Assembly: GCA_965223265.1 (NCBI GenBank)
Contig: OZ244999.1
Coordinates: 3,456,001 to 3,520,000 of the forward strand
Direction: 5' to 3'
From: Planctomycetota bacterium
GTDB taxonomy: Bacteria; Planctomycetota; UBA8108; SXIK01
Length of the DNA: 64,000 nucleotides
A program made the position numbers and the translations under genes. The notes beneath the pieces are model-generated. The model had not been told where the DNA came from, did not search any database, and saw only the letters and a program-made list of their open reading frames with translations. Shown one piece after another: positions 1 through 10,309 of the stretch; position 1 is the stretch's first letter, and each line of letters opens with the position of its first letter.

Positions 1-919
1 GGTTTCGTGCGCGGACGATGCGATCAAGTTCGCTGACGAGCGCGTTCGCCGTCGCGTAGCGCTTTCGCGGATCGTGATCGGTGCAGCGCCTGAGGAGCTC
101 CGCGATCTCGCCGGGAACGTCGTCACGCTCGGCCCCGACGTTGGGAAAGTCTTCCATGCAGACGCGACGCATCACCGCCGGGCGCGTCGCGCAGTCGTAC
201 GCATCCCGGCCAGCAAGAAGGAAGAAGAGCGTCGCACCGAGCGCCCAGACGTCGCCGGGGGGGCCGACGCGATTCAGTCCTTCCCACTGCTCCGGGGGCA
301 TGTAGCGAGGGGTACCCATGGGGACATGTGACAGGGTCAGACCCGAGCCGGAGTTGTCGTCGCTCTCCTCGTCAATGAGTCGGCCGAGCCCGAGGTCTCC
401 GAGCTTCACTTTGCCTTCGAGCGAGATCAAAATGTTGTCCGGTTTGATATCGCGGTGCACGATGCCTTCTTCGTGCGCCGCTGCGAGGCCTCGCGCCGCC
501 ATCAGAACGAGTGTCACGGCCTCAGCGATGGGCAGTTGCCCTTTGCGCACGACGCGTTCGCGCGCTGTCTCGCCGCGGACGTACTCCATGATCATGTAGT
601 GCAGTCCGTAGCGATGCCCGACGTCAAACACCCGCACAAGGTTGGGGTGGGTGACTCGTGCCGCGAGCTTGGCCTCGCGTTCGAATCGCTGCACGAGATC
701 CGTGCCGCGCGCGAGGTTGGGGAGGAGACACTTCACCGCCACGTCGAGGTCAAACTTGAGGTGCACGCCGCGGTAGACCGCGCCCATACCTCCCTCGCCC
801 ACCTTGTCGTAGAGGATGCAGGGATCGATGACCTTGTAGCCATCGATTTCCGGTGCGTCCGCGAGCAGCGGATCTGTGACGATGTCGGCGACGAATTGCG
901 TCGTCATCTCTTCGCGCAT
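1..919 (-). CDS. Ser/Thr protein kinase (Hanks type), runs off the left window edge
   Basis: Manual minus-strand translation: GEGGMGAVY, VAVK, HPNLV, HRDIKPDNILI, KLGDLGLG, GTPRYMPPEQ, DVWALG. Absent from the ORF track because no stop lies in the window. Start ATG 919 is a best guess; the frame is open further upstream. Confidence 0.9.
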   Translation of the reverse strand, partial: MREEMTTQFVADIVTDPLLADAPEIDGYKVIDPCILYDKVGEGGMGAVYRGVHLKFDLDVAVKCLLPNLARGTDLVQRFEREAKLAARVTHPNLVRVFDVGHRYGLHYMIMEYVRGETARERVVRKGQLPIAEAVTLVLMAARGLAAAHEEGIVHRDIKPDNILISLEGKVKLGDLGLGRLIDEESDDNSGSGLTLSHVPMGTPRYMPPEQWEGLNRVGPPGDVWALGATLFFLLAGRDAYDCATRPAVMRRVCMEDFPNVGAERDDVPGEIAELLRRCTDHDPRKRYATANALVSELDRIVRARN

Positions 920-1114
920 GGCGAGGGCAATCAGGCTCCGGACGAGTTGCCGATCGGAAGGGACTCTCTCCTTAGATCGGCTGCTCCCCGGCGACTTTGA
1001 AGCCCGTTGATCAGCGTCGCGCCGCTTTCTCGGATGTCGTGCGCAGCACCGTCGTCAGCACGTCATTGTTGTCGTTGTCGCCGCGGTCGCCGAGGCGGCG
1101 ACGGTTCGTCCGAT

Positions 1115-1936
1115 CTACAGCTCGTCGTACCACTTCAGTAGCCGGACTTCGATCGCCGCGTCGCCTTTTTGCACCAGCTGCTTGAACTTCGCCGGATCCT
1201 GTGTGCCGCCTTCGCCGCGACCGCGATAGTGATATGGAATCACGACTGCGGGCTGGAACTCGCGAACTGCCGACGCGGCGCTCTCCGCGGTCATGGTGTA
1301 AGGCAGATTCATGCAGACGAACGCCACATCTATCTTCTGCAGCTGGCGCATTTCCGGAACGTCTTCGGTATCGCCGGAGACGTAGACTCGCGTCTCGCCG
1401 AGCGTGACGACGTAGCCGTTTCCACGCCCCTTGGGATGAAACTTCATCCTTTCGGTTGTCAGGTTGTACATTGGAATCGCTTCGATTGTGATGCCCTGCG
1501 CCGTGGTCGATTCGCCGTTAGCGAGACGCACAACCGACGTTTGATCGATGCCTGCTTCGATCAGTTTCGAGGCGACGGCGTGGGGAGCGACGATCGTCGT
1601 TCGATTCTGTCGCACAGCCTTGATCGTATCTGGATGCATATGATCCCCGTGAATGTCCGTCACCAAAATGAGCTGTGGGCCCGGGTGTCCTTGAAAGCGC
1701 TGCACGCCGCCGACTGGATCGACGAAGATGGTCTTGCCGTTCCAGCGCATGACGAATGTGGCGTGTTCGAGAGCGTGGACACGAAGCTTCCCTTTCGCCG
1801 TGTCGATCTCGGTGGTGGCGATTTTGTCTTCAGTCGCAGCTGCACGAGGAGCGGCGTTTTCGGCGAACGCGCCGCCGACGATCCACCCGATCGTGACGAG
1901 CACCAGCACTCGCGACAAGGGCGTTTGAGTTTTCAT
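1115..1936 (-). CDS. Exported MBL-fold metallo-hydrolase
   Basis: Signal peptide; VDP, TDIHGDH, YVSGDT, PYHY motifs. Confidence 0.85.
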   Translation of the reverse strand: MKTQTPLSRVLVLVTIGWIVGGAFAENAAPRAAATEDKIATTEIDTAKGKLRVHALEHATFVMRWNGKTIFVDPVGGVQRFQGHPGPQLILVTDIHGDHMHPDTIKAVRQNRTTIVAPHAVASKLIEAGIDQTSVVRLANGESTTAQGITIEAIPMYNLTTERMKFHPKGRGNGYVVTLGETRVYVSGDTEDVPEMRQLQKIDVAFVCMNLPYTMTAESAASAVREFQPAVVIPYHYRGRGEGGTQDPAKFKQLVQKGDAAIEVRLLKWYDEL

Positions 1937-1977
1937 GGTGAGCTCCTACCTTCGAGACGAAGCTGAACGGCGCGTGC

Positions 1978-3318
1978 TTACAACCTCATGATCGAAATGT
2001 TTCGAAACTGCACAGGATCGCCGTGCCCGGCAAAGCCGAAGTGTCCTTCTTTCAGATCATGCCCGATGTACTTGCTTCGATCGCCACCCATGAAGTCCTC
2101 TACCTGCGAGAGGTCGGCGTCGACGATCGTCGTGCCGTTCAATTCGACTTTGATTCGCGAGCCGATCACCGTGACTTGCTGAAAATTCCACTCACCGACC
2201 GGCCGTAAATAACCGCGGTGGGCCGCAACTTTGCCGTAGACGGAACCGTGAAACTGGCGCGGGTCGAGTCCTTCATCGGCGTAGCTGGAGTTGTCGAGCA
2301 CCTGCAGCTCGCACATACCACCGTAAGCTGGGTCGTTGACGCTGCCATTAGGGGCATTGGGGACGATGCCTGGAAAGCGGATAGCGAGCCCGTTGTTACC
2401 ATGGTGCGGCAGGCGAAACTCGAGGCGAACGATGAAGTCGCCGTAGATCTCGGTGGTGTAGAGCGTGCCACCCTTGCCCTTCTTACACTGAATGGCTCCA
2501 TCGACGACCTCGTACGACTCGACGGCGCCCTCCCAGCCGTCGAGGTTGCGGCCGTTAAAGACCGAGACGAAGCCGTTGTTGCCAAGAAACGCGCGCGCTT
2601 CCTGCGGAGCGATTTCGCGAACGAAGATGTTGCGCCAGCGAATTTCACCACCGTGCGTCTGCAGCTGGATCGGCCCGGTCGGGAAGAGCGGCTGGCTGCG
2701 ATCCCAGGTGTTCTCCATTACTGCGTTGTCGACCACCAGGAGACCGTTGAGGTAGACGGTAGTGCGGTCGCCGATCTGAATGATGCGGAATCGATTCCAC
2801 TCGCCAAACGGCCGGTCCGCATGCACCAGCGGGTCCTTGCCGGGCTTACCTTGGCCGTTGTTCCATAGACCCCCAGAGCCTTTGAGGGCACCGAGCGATT
2901 CCTTGCCGCCCTCGGGTGTGGTGTCCCAGATTTGCACCTGCGGCGTTGCCCGAAGGTAGATGCCGCTATCGGCCTTGGCCACGGTCTTGTAGTCGATGAG
3001 GAGCTCAATATCGCCGAACTGCTGGTCGGTCGTCAGATAGGGTCCTTCGCCGTCGTTGACGATTTCCCCGTTTTCGACGTGCCAGTGCTTGAGCATCGCG
3101 TCGAGATCGTGCGCACGTTTTTCGGCTCGCTCCGTCGGGTTCATCGCGGCCAACTTTCTGGGGTCGAAATGCCCCATCCCATGCCAGCCGGTGAGATCTT
3201 TGCCGTTGAACAGAGCGACGAAGCCCGGCGGTGGGACGTTGAGTTGATCGTCCGCAGTCAGTGGAAGATCGCAGAATGCGCCGTATGCGACGACGACCAT
3301 CAGCACGCGCTGTATCAT
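1978..3318 (-). CDS. Tandem DUF1080 (3-keto-disaccharide hydrolase-like) exported protein
   Basis: Two LFNGKDLTGW/VFNGRNLDGW ... GEWN ... LQTHG/FAGHG ... FRNI-type domains; signal peptide. Confidence 0.9.
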   Translation of the reverse strand: MIQRVLMVVVAYGAFCDLPLTADDQLNVPPPGFVALFNGKDLTGWHGMGHFDPRKLAAMNPTERAEKRAHDLDAMLKHWHVENGEIVNDGEGPYLTTDQQFGDIELLIDYKTVAKADSGIYLRATPQVQIWDTTPEGGKESLGALKGSGGLWNNGQGKPGKDPLVHADRPFGEWNRFRIIQIGDRTTVYLNGLLVVDNAVMENTWDRSQPLFPTGPIQLQTHGGEIRWRNIFVREIAPQEARAFLGNNGFVSVFNGRNLDGWEGAVESYEVVDGAIQCKKGKGGTLYTTEIYGDFIVRLEFRLPHHGNNGLAIRFPGIVPNAPNGSVNDPAYGGMCELQVLDNSSYADEGLDPRQFHGSVYGKVAAHRGYLRPVGEWNFQQVTVIGSRIKVELNGTTIVDADLSQVEDFMGGDRSKYIGHDLKEGHFGFAGHGDPVQFRNISIMRL

Positions 3319-3481
3319 GCTCGCTCCTTGTGGCTCTTCTGTCAGAACCGTCGCTCTCTTCGAGTTTTGTAGGTGTTGGCTTTGTGGGTCTGGCGGGACA
3401 GGCGACGATTAGGGTATACCCGAGGCCTGCTGGTCGTCCAGTCAGAGCGCGCGAGTTTTCCGTCGGCCGTCAACAAGCACG

Positions 3482-5785
3482 ATGAAGACAGATTCAGAAC
3501 CCATCGTCAAAGATCTCGTCCTTGTCGGCGGTGGGCACAGCCACGTGATCGTCATGAAGCGGTTCGGGATGAAGCCGCTCCCGGGCGTTCGCTTGACGCT
3601 GATCGCACGGGACGTTCACACCCCGTATTCCGGCATGTTGCCCGGCTTTGTGGCCGGGCACTATGACTTCGACGATATCCACATCGACCTTGGTCGTTTG
3701 GCCATGTTCGCCGGGGTGCGGCTCTTTCATGACGAGGTCATTGGTCTCGATCCGGGCGCGCGCCTTCTTCGCTGTCGGGGCAGACCGCCAGTCCCCTACG
3801 ACGTCGTATCGATCAACATCGGTTCGACGCCCAGCCTTCGTGGTCTCGACGAAACTTCAGCCGCGCGCGTGGTGCCCGTGAAACCGGTCAACAACTTCGT
3901 CGGCCGTTGGGAAGCCTTGAAGGAGCGCATCCTCGCGGCTGCAGGTGCCGTGCGCATTGGATTGATCGGTGCTGGCGCCGGCGGGGTCGAGCTGTGTCTA
4001 TCAATGCAGCACCGTTTGCAGCGGCTCGTGGCCGAGCGTGGTGACGCTGACGCCGCGGCGGCATCGCAGCTTGAGTTTCAGCTTTTCACGGCGTCCGATA
4101 CGATTCTTCCGACTCACAATCCACGCGTGCGCCGAAAACTCGAGCGAGTGCTGCGCGAACGACACGTTGGCGTCTACACGCGGACACCGGTGGCGTCGGT
4201 CGAGCCTGGCGCCATCGTCACCGGCGACGGGCGCAGATTCCAGCTTGACGAGGTGGTGTGGGTAACCCAGGCGGCCGCGGCTCCTTGGGTGGCTGAGTCG
4301 GGCCTGGATGTCGATGACGACGGCTTTATCGTGGTGAACGACTCGCTCCAGTCCACCTCGCACGAGGAGGTGTTCGCGGCCGGCGACATAGCGGCCATGG
4401 TGAACCATCGCCGTGAGAAAGCGGGGGTCTTCGCGGTGCGACAAGGCAAGCCCCTGGCGGAGAACCTGGGCCGCGCACTGCGCGCCGAGCCTCTCGTAGC
4501 GATGACGCCGCAGAGCCGGTTCCTAAGCCTCATCAGCACCGGAGATCGTTACGCGGTCGCCTCACGCGCGGGCTGGGCCCTTGAGGGCAAATGGGTGTGG
4601 CGCTGGAAGGACTGGATCGATCGGCGATTCATGCGGCGATTCAGCGACCTCGCGCCAATGTCGACGGCACCACCAACCGGGGCCTTGCTCGCCCTGGCGT
4701 CGGAGTCGGACCGCGCGGAGCTGTCGCGTGCGGCCCTACGCTGTTCTGGCTGCGGCTCAAAGGTAGGGGCGAGCGTTCTCGAACGCGTGCTCGCACGGCT
4801 GACTCCGATCGCGCGGCAAGAGGTCGTTGCCGGTCTCGACGCTCCCGACGACGCTGCGGTGCTACGGGTGCCGCCGGGAAAAGTTGTGGTCAACACCGTA
4901 GATTCGTTTCGGGCACTCATTGACGACCCCTTCCTGTTCGGCAAGATCGCCGCCAACCACGCTCTCAGCGACATTTTCGCTATGGGTGCGGAGCCGATCG
5001 CGGCGCTTGCGATCGTGACGCTGCCGTATGGCGTCGAACGGAAAGTAGAAGAAACGCTGGAGCCTTTGCTCGCTGGGGCGCTCGAAGTTCTTGGGGATGC
5101 CGGTGCCGCGCTCGTGGGTGGTCACACGTCTGAAGGTGCGGAGTTGACTCTGGGATTTGCTGTGACGGGCGTCGCGGCTCCTGACGACATCCTTGCCAAG
5201 GGTGGTATGCGTCCAGGTGAGCGGCTCATTCTGACCAAGCCGCTCGGAACTGGCGTCCTCTTCGCGGCGCACATGCGGCTGCAAGCGAAGGGGCGATGGA
5301 TCTCCTCGGCGATCGACATGATGCTGCGATCGAACCGAGACGCCGCGCGCTGCTTTCAGCGCCACGGTGCCACCGCTCTGACCGATATCACCGGCTTCGG
5401 CCTCCTCGGGCATGTCGTCGAGATGGCGCGTGCTAGTGGTATGAGCGTCGAGATCGAACCGACGGCGATTCCTGCCCTCGACGGTGCGATCGAACTTCTC
5501 GGCAGCGGAATTTCCAGCTCACTTCAGCCTTCGAATTTGCGACTGCGGCGTGCAGTGCAGGATGTTGAGGTGTGGGCAGGCCACCCCGTGTATCCGCTGC
5601 TCTTCGATCCGCAAACCTCCGGTGGTCTCGTCGCTTCAGTCCCTAAGGATGCGGTGACCGCTTGCCTGACAGAGCTTCGCGCGCTTGGATGTGAACGAGC
5701 CGCCGAGATCGGCTTCGTCGGCGTTCCAACTGAAGCGACCGAGCGAATCATTCTCCACGAACCATCACGAGTCGAAAAACCATGA
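3482..5785 (+). CDS. selD: Selenophosphate synthetase fused to an N-terminal FAD-dependent pyridine nucleotide-disulfide oxidoreductase
   Basis: N-terminal LVLVGGGHSH, YSGMLPG, FAAGD; C-terminal CSGCGSK, DDAA, SDIFAMG, GGHT, LTKPLGTG, TDITGFGLLGH, DPQTSGGL. Confidence 0.93.
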   Translation: MKTDSEPIVKDLVLVGGGHSHVIVMKRFGMKPLPGVRLTLIARDVHTPYSGMLPGFVAGHYDFDDIHIDLGRLAMFAGVRLFHDEVIGLDPGARLLRCRGRPPVPYDVVSINIGSTPSLRGLDETSAARVVPVKPVNNFVGRWEALKERILAAAGAVRIGLIGAGAGGVELCLSMQHRLQRLVAERGDADAAAASQLEFQLFTASDTILPTHNPRVRRKLERVLRERHVGVYTRTPVASVEPGAIVTGDGRRFQLDEVVWVTQAAAAPWVAESGLDVDDDGFIVVNDSLQSTSHEEVFAAGDIAAMVNHRREKAGVFAVRQGKPLAENLGRALRAEPLVAMTPQSRFLSLISTGDRYAVASRAGWALEGKWVWRWKDWIDRRFMRRFSDLAPMSTAPPTGALLALASESDRAELSRAALRCSGCGSKVGASVLERVLARLTPIARQEVVAGLDAPDDAAVLRVPPGKVVVNTVDSFRALIDDPFLFGKIAANHALSDIFAMGAEPIAALAIVTLPYGVERKVEETLEPLLAGALEVLGDAGAALVGGHTSEGAELTLGFAVTGVAAPDDILAKGGMRPGERLILTKPLGTGVLFAAHMRLQAKGRWISSAIDMMLRSNRDAARCFQRHGATALTDITGFGLLGHVVEMARASGMSVEIEPTAIPALDGAIELLGSGISSSLQPSNLRLRRAVQDVEVWAGHPVYPLLFDPQTSGGLVASVPKDAVTACLTELRALGCERAAEIGFVGVPTEATERIILHEPSRVEKP

Positions 5786-6744
5786 CCGAACGAGTCGTCT
5801 ACTTGAGCGGTGAGTATGTTCCCGAGCACGAGGCTCAAATCTCGATTTTCGACTCAGCCCTCATGTTCGGCGACATGGCGTTCGAAATGACACGAACGTT
5901 TCGAGGCGAGCCGTTCAAATTGCGAGAGCATCTTGAGCGACTGTTCACGTCGCTACGATTGCTTGAGATCGACTGTGGCATGTCGATCGACGAGATGGAA
6001 GACGTGACGCAGGATGTTCTTGCACGCAACCGCGCCACGGAACCGGAGGACGTCGATTGGCAGATCATGCATGACGTCTCGCGCGGACCGCTTGGGCTTT
6101 ATCAAAGCGTTTTCGCGCGCGGGGTCCGGCCGACCGTGTCGATCAACTGCTGGCCGCTCGTGACGCACATGGGATCATTCGCCGCCACATATGACTCCGG
6201 CGTGCATGTTGCCATACCGGCGCAGCAGGCACTCCCAGCACACCTCGTCGATCCGAAAGCCAAGACTCGCAGTCGCATGCACTATCAGCTCGCGCTCCTG
6301 CAAGCCAAACGTATGGGGGATGGCGTCTGGCCCGTCCTGCTCGATCCAGACGGTTTCCTCGCCGAAGGCCCCGGTTGGAACATCTTCCTCGTCAAGGATG
6401 GCGCTCTCTACACCTCCGAGCCGAGAAACATCCTCTTGGGGGTGAGTCGCGCCGCCACGATGCAGCTCGCGCGCGAGCTCGGTATCGAGGTGCGCGAAAA
6501 GAACCTGGGCCGCCTCGAAGCTCTCGACGCGGATGAGATCTTTTGCACGGCGACCACGTTTTGCCTCGTGCACGCGGTCAGTTTCGAGGGACAAGCGCTT
6601 GGTGCGGCTTCGCCCGGACCGTTGTTCAAACGCCTCCGGGCCGCGTGGCAAGAACACGTTGGGCTCGACTTTGTTGCCCAGGCGCACTCCTATGCTCAGC
6701 GACTCCCCGAGTGGGAATCCGCACAAGTCCGCCGGGCGCGCTGA
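5782..6744 (+). CDS. PLP-dependent aminotransferase class IV (IlvE/D-amino-acid aminotransferase family)
   Basis: FGDMAFE, HLERL, AKTRSR (Lys), EGPGWNIF, ILLGVSR; ATGA overlap with selD stop. Confidence 0.88.
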   Translation: MTERVVYLSGEYVPEHEAQISIFDSALMFGDMAFEMTRTFRGEPFKLREHLERLFTSLRLLEIDCGMSIDEMEDVTQDVLARNRATEPEDVDWQIMHDVSRGPLGLYQSVFARGVRPTVSINCWPLVTHMGSFAATYDSGVHVAIPAQQALPAHLVDPKAKTRSRMHYQLALLQAKRMGDGVWPVLLDPDGFLAEGPGWNIFLVKDGALYTSEPRNILLGVSRAATMQLARELGIEVREKNLGRLEALDADEIFCTATTFCLVHAVSFEGQALGAASPGPLFKRLRAAWQEHVGLDFVAQAHSYAQRLPEWESAQVRRAR

Positions 6745-6939
6745 ACGGATCGCGAACCGGGGTCGGCCTCCATCGCAAGGCCGCTACGGCGTGGAGCCAG
6801 TCCAAATACCCGGCTAGCTACGGAATTCCCTGAAGAGATTTCGATCGCCGCGGGCACTCCCTGTACAAATGGAAGGGACACCGGCCGGTTCCCGGATTCT
6901 GTCGTGGACCGCCCGTTCCACGGGCGCCAAACAATCCAA

Positions 6940-8787
6940 ATGAACACTGAAGAACTCCTTCGCCATCATGCCTGGATGCGCCCTCTGGCGCGAAGCCTCG
7001 TGCGCGACGACTCGCTTGCGGACGACGTGCTGCAGCAGGCGTGGTTGGCAGCCACCCGAGATGGGAGCGTGAGCGTCCGCTCGCCGGTCGCGTGGTTGTC
7101 GACCCTAGTGCGCCGAGCGGCAGGGCGAATGCATCGCGAGGACTCGCGCCGAAGACGGCGGGAGCACGTCGTCGCCCGCCGCCGGCAGCAGCTCCCAGCC
7201 CCTTCCTCTCACGATGTGCTCGAGCGAGCGGAGATGCAGCGTCAAGTCGTGGAGTCGGTACTGAGCTTGGAAGAGCCTTATCGCTCAACGATCCTCCTGC
7301 GTTACTTCGAGGGGCTGAGCCCGAAGGAGATCGCGCAGCGCGAATCGATTCCCACGGCGACGGTGTGGACCCGCCTACGGCGTGCTCTTGAGAGCCTTCG
7401 TCAGAAGCTCGACGGGGTGCACCAGGGGCGCCGCAAGGCTTGGATGACGTCGCTCCTGCCGATCGCGGGGATTCAGCTGACGACCGAGAAGGCCGCCAGC
7501 GCTGCTAGCGTGACGTCGGGCACGGGTGCCGTCACGACGACGAGTGGAGTTCTCGGAACCGCCGGAGGTGCTATCGTGTCACAGAAACTCGCGATCGCTG
7601 TTGTTAGCGTCGCCGCTCTAGTTGGTGTCGGTGTGGGAATCAGCGTCGGCGCCAGTCATTTTGGCGCTGACATGAGCCGCGACGAGGCCAAGGCGCAATT
7701 TGGCCTAGTGGACCAGTCGGCTCATGAAGATCTTCGCAGACGTTATGAGCAGACCGCCTCAAAGCTGACCGCCCTGCGGTCCGAGCTGAAGACCGCGTCG
7801 AGGGGTGCGGCAAGCGCCGCGGCGCGGCCAGAGGTGCCGGCGGCGGCATCGCAACAACAGGACGACACAGTAGCGTCCAGCAAAGCCCTGTCGGCTTTCG
7901 ATCTGCAGGAGATCAAGGACGCAGATTGGACGCACCTCGGACGTGCAGCTTTCAGCATGCGTGAGCTCATGGCAGAGATCATGGAGACGCAGCGTGCAGG
8001 AAAGCCACCTCCCATCGGGCTGGCCAGCAAGCTCCAAGCGAAGAACCAACAGCTGTTGGCACTTGCCGCGTCGCTGCAGGGGAAGCTGCCGACGCACGTC
8101 ATCGGCAACGGAGAATTCACCCATCCGGCGGTGCTAACGCGCCTCATGGATGGAATGCTCGCGGCCCATGACCTACCGCTTTCGACCGCGCAGCGAGAGT
8201 CTGTCGAGGAGCTAGTTCGCGCGTACGAAATCGAATATGCCGAGCTGCAGGACGACTACGGAGCAGCGACGCCGAATCTTGCGAAGGTTCTCGACGAGCT
8301 TGAAATGAAGCTCGTGGTCATGGAAGACGTGAAGGCCCTTCTCAGCGCAGAACAGCTTGAGTTCGCCTACCCTGAGGCTACCGAAGGCACCATTCCTGCC
8401 GACTTGTTGTCGCCAGGCCTGATGACGATGTCACAGACGTCTCTGCAGCACATCGGCTCCGCCGAAGCAGCGCGTGAGAACTATATGGAATACCTTGGCG
8501 AAGTGTACGAACTCGACTCCGGCCAACTCGCCGCGCTCGAGGAGCCGATCAGCGCATGGGAAGAGGCGATCCAGCCGTACTTGGAGACGCCGTCCGAGAC
8601 GATAGAAATGTTTGGCAGCGTCGATCAAGCCATCGCTGAAGGGCGCGCACACGCTCGTGTGGTGGAGAGCATGGTCTCACTCCCCGGTCTCGACGACGGC
8701 CTGCGCGACCGAATTCTCGGAAGTGTCACATGGCGCGTCACACGCGTGGCGGCGTCGAAGGAGAAGTCGGAACAGGGTCCGCAGTGA
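6940..8787 (+). CDS. ECF sigma-70 factor with transmembrane segment and long C-terminal extension
   Basis: Region 2 (ADDVLQQAW...WLSTLVR) and region 4 (LEEPYRSTILLRYFEGLSPKEIA...TRLRRA), then hydrophobic LAIAVVSVAALVGVGVG; start refined to ATG 6940. Confidence 0.88.
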   Translation: MNTEELLRHHAWMRPLARSLVRDDSLADDVLQQAWLAATRDGSVSVRSPVAWLSTLVRRAAGRMHREDSRRRRREHVVARRRQQLPAPSSHDVLERAEMQRQVVESVLSLEEPYRSTILLRYFEGLSPKEIAQRESIPTATVWTRLRRALESLRQKLDGVHQGRRKAWMTSLLPIAGIQLTTEKAASAASVTSGTGAVTTTSGVLGTAGGAIVSQKLAIAVVSVAALVGVGVGISVGASHFGADMSRDEAKAQFGLVDQSAHEDLRRRYEQTASKLTALRSELKTASRGAASAAARPEVPAAASQQQDDTVASSKALSAFDLQEIKDADWTHLGRAAFSMRELMAEIMETQRAGKPPPIGLASKLQAKNQQLLALAASLQGKLPTHVIGNGEFTHPAVLTRLMDGMLAAHDLPLSTAQRESVEELVRAYEIEYAELQDDYGAATPNLAKVLDELEMKLVVMEDVKALLSAEQLEFAYPEATEGTIPADLLSPGLMTMSQTSLQHIGSAEAARENYMEYLGEVYELDSGQLAALEEPISAWEEAIQPYLETPSETIEMFGSVDQAIAEGRAHARVVESMVSLPGLDDGLRDRILGSVTWRVTRVAASKEKSEQGPQ

Positions 8788-8830
8788 GCGCCGACTGACA
8801 TTTCGAGTCGTGTCGCGATGCATCATGAAT

Positions 8831-10309
8831 CTATCGCAGCCGCGCGACCTCATCGCGTAGACAACGAGCGACGACGACACATGCGTGAGGAGTGTAATGG
8901 CCGATTCCGTATCGGTCGGCGGGATCGACTTCCTCCAAACATCGCGTGAGGTCCGCTTGCGGATACTCGGCTCCGCGCAAGATCTGTTGCGAGAAGGTCT
9001 CGCCACGCGCTTCTGAGCGACCCGAGAGACTCGCTAACTTGGTCGGCAGGTAGACGAGGAGAGGGGTGGAACCCTCGCTTTCGGCCAGCCTCGCGAAGGC
9101 GTCCAGCAAGGCGGCGTTGAGGTCATGCTGCATCCGTGCGTTCACCTGCGGGCGAAAACTTCGTCGCTGGAACCGCGACAAGGCAAACCGAACAGCGTAC
9201 GAGCTATGGTAGAACTGCCTCTGCCACTTCGAGCGCTCGTAGCTGGCGTCGTAGCTAACAAATGGAAGCTCGTGGATCGAAGCAGAGGCGAGAATCTCCC
9301 CGGGTTGTAGCACCGGCACGTTGATGAGCTCTAAGCCGTCACTGGTTAGCGTGAAGCGTGGCTTGGCGAACGGAAAGTCTGACTCGGGAAAAACAAGAAA
9401 GCCGTAGACGCTGATCGAACGGTAGAGATCGTGCTCCGACAGGCCGAAGATCACAAGGTCCGGCTTCCACGCGCGAACGTCCTCTCGGTAGCGAAGGAAC
9501 GCCTGGTCGACTCCGTAGCCATCGACGCCAAAATTCAGAACTTGTACGTCTGGGCCCATTAACGTCTCGAGCTGATGCCCCCACGTCTCCTCGAAACGGA
9601 TCTCGTTCCCGAAGGTGTGCGAATCTCCCACGAGCGCGATGCGAAACTCGGGCTGACGGTCCGAGTACGAGATGCCCACGACTGCACTGCGCAGGCCTTC
9701 CGTGCTGCTGAAACTTTCGCCGTTCGCCCCGCTGCGGCTCTTGCCGATTGTCCAGCCAAGAATCGGATGGTGGACAAGAAAGGGCGGTTGATTCGCCGTC
9801 TCGTCTAGTACCGCGCGGATACGCTCCGAGGTCGCATTCCAGTTTTTCGGCAGCAGCCGGAGAGAACCGACGAACTCACCACGCGGGGTCGTCTTGGCGA
9901 CGGCTCGCAGAGCTACCTCGACGACCGTGAACGTGAGCGCGGTGACAAAGACCCCAAGGCCACACGTCAGCAGCGCGCGCCGTCGACCGCCGTGGACCGG
10001 GCGAAGACAGCGCCACAGCGAGAAAACCAGCGACATGCCAGCAGCGACGATAGCGAAAACCAAGATCTTTCCGATCTTGTGCCCGGCGATCGCTGCAAAC
10101 GATCTTTCACCCTTGTTGTACAGAGCGAACACCGCGAGCACGACGCTGAACTCGAACAGCCAGAGAGCTAGCAGCAGTGGAAGATCGATCTTCCTGCTGG
10201 GAGTGCGTGGTTCGGACACGTGGAGGGCTCCGCGGGCAGTGGGTTTCGCGTCACGGCAGGGGCGTTGGGGTTTACTATGTCGTCGAAGATGCATCAGAAC
10301 CTGCCTCAA
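8831..10309 (-). CDS. Membrane-anchored SGNH/GDSL-hydrolase-like protein
   Basis: Three N-terminal hydrophobic segments; IALVGDSHTFG, VLNFGVDGYG, C-terminal GHYT; start uncertain (GTG near 10220 possible). Confidence 0.75.
   Translation of the reverse strand: MRQVLMHLRRHSKPQRPCRDAKPTARGALHVSEPRTPSRKIDLPLLLALWLFEFSVVLAVFALYNKGERSFAAIAGHKIGKILVFAIVAAGMSLVFSLWRCLRPVHGGRRRALLTCGLGVFVTALTFTVVEVALRAVAKTTPRGEFVGSLRLLPKNWNATSERIRAVLDETANQPPFLVHHPILGWTIGKSRSGANGESFSSTEGLRSAVVGISYSDRQPEFRIALVGDSHTFGNEIRFEETWGHQLETLMGPDVQVLNFGVDGYGVDQAFLRYREDVRAWKPDLVIFGLSEHDLYRSISVYGFLVFPESDFPFAKPRFTLTSDGLELINVPVLQPGEILASASIHELPFVSYDASYERSKWQRQFYHSSYAVRFALSRFQRRSFRPQVNARMQHDLNAALLDAFARLAESEGSTPLLVYLPTKLASLSGRSEARGETFSQQILRGAEYPQADLTRCLEEVDPADRYGIGHYTPHACVVVARCLRDEVARLR

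Noticed and set aside
4738-4765. SelD active-site residue as selenocysteine
   Set aside because: The motif is CSGCGSK with TGT/TGC codons; no in-frame TGA.
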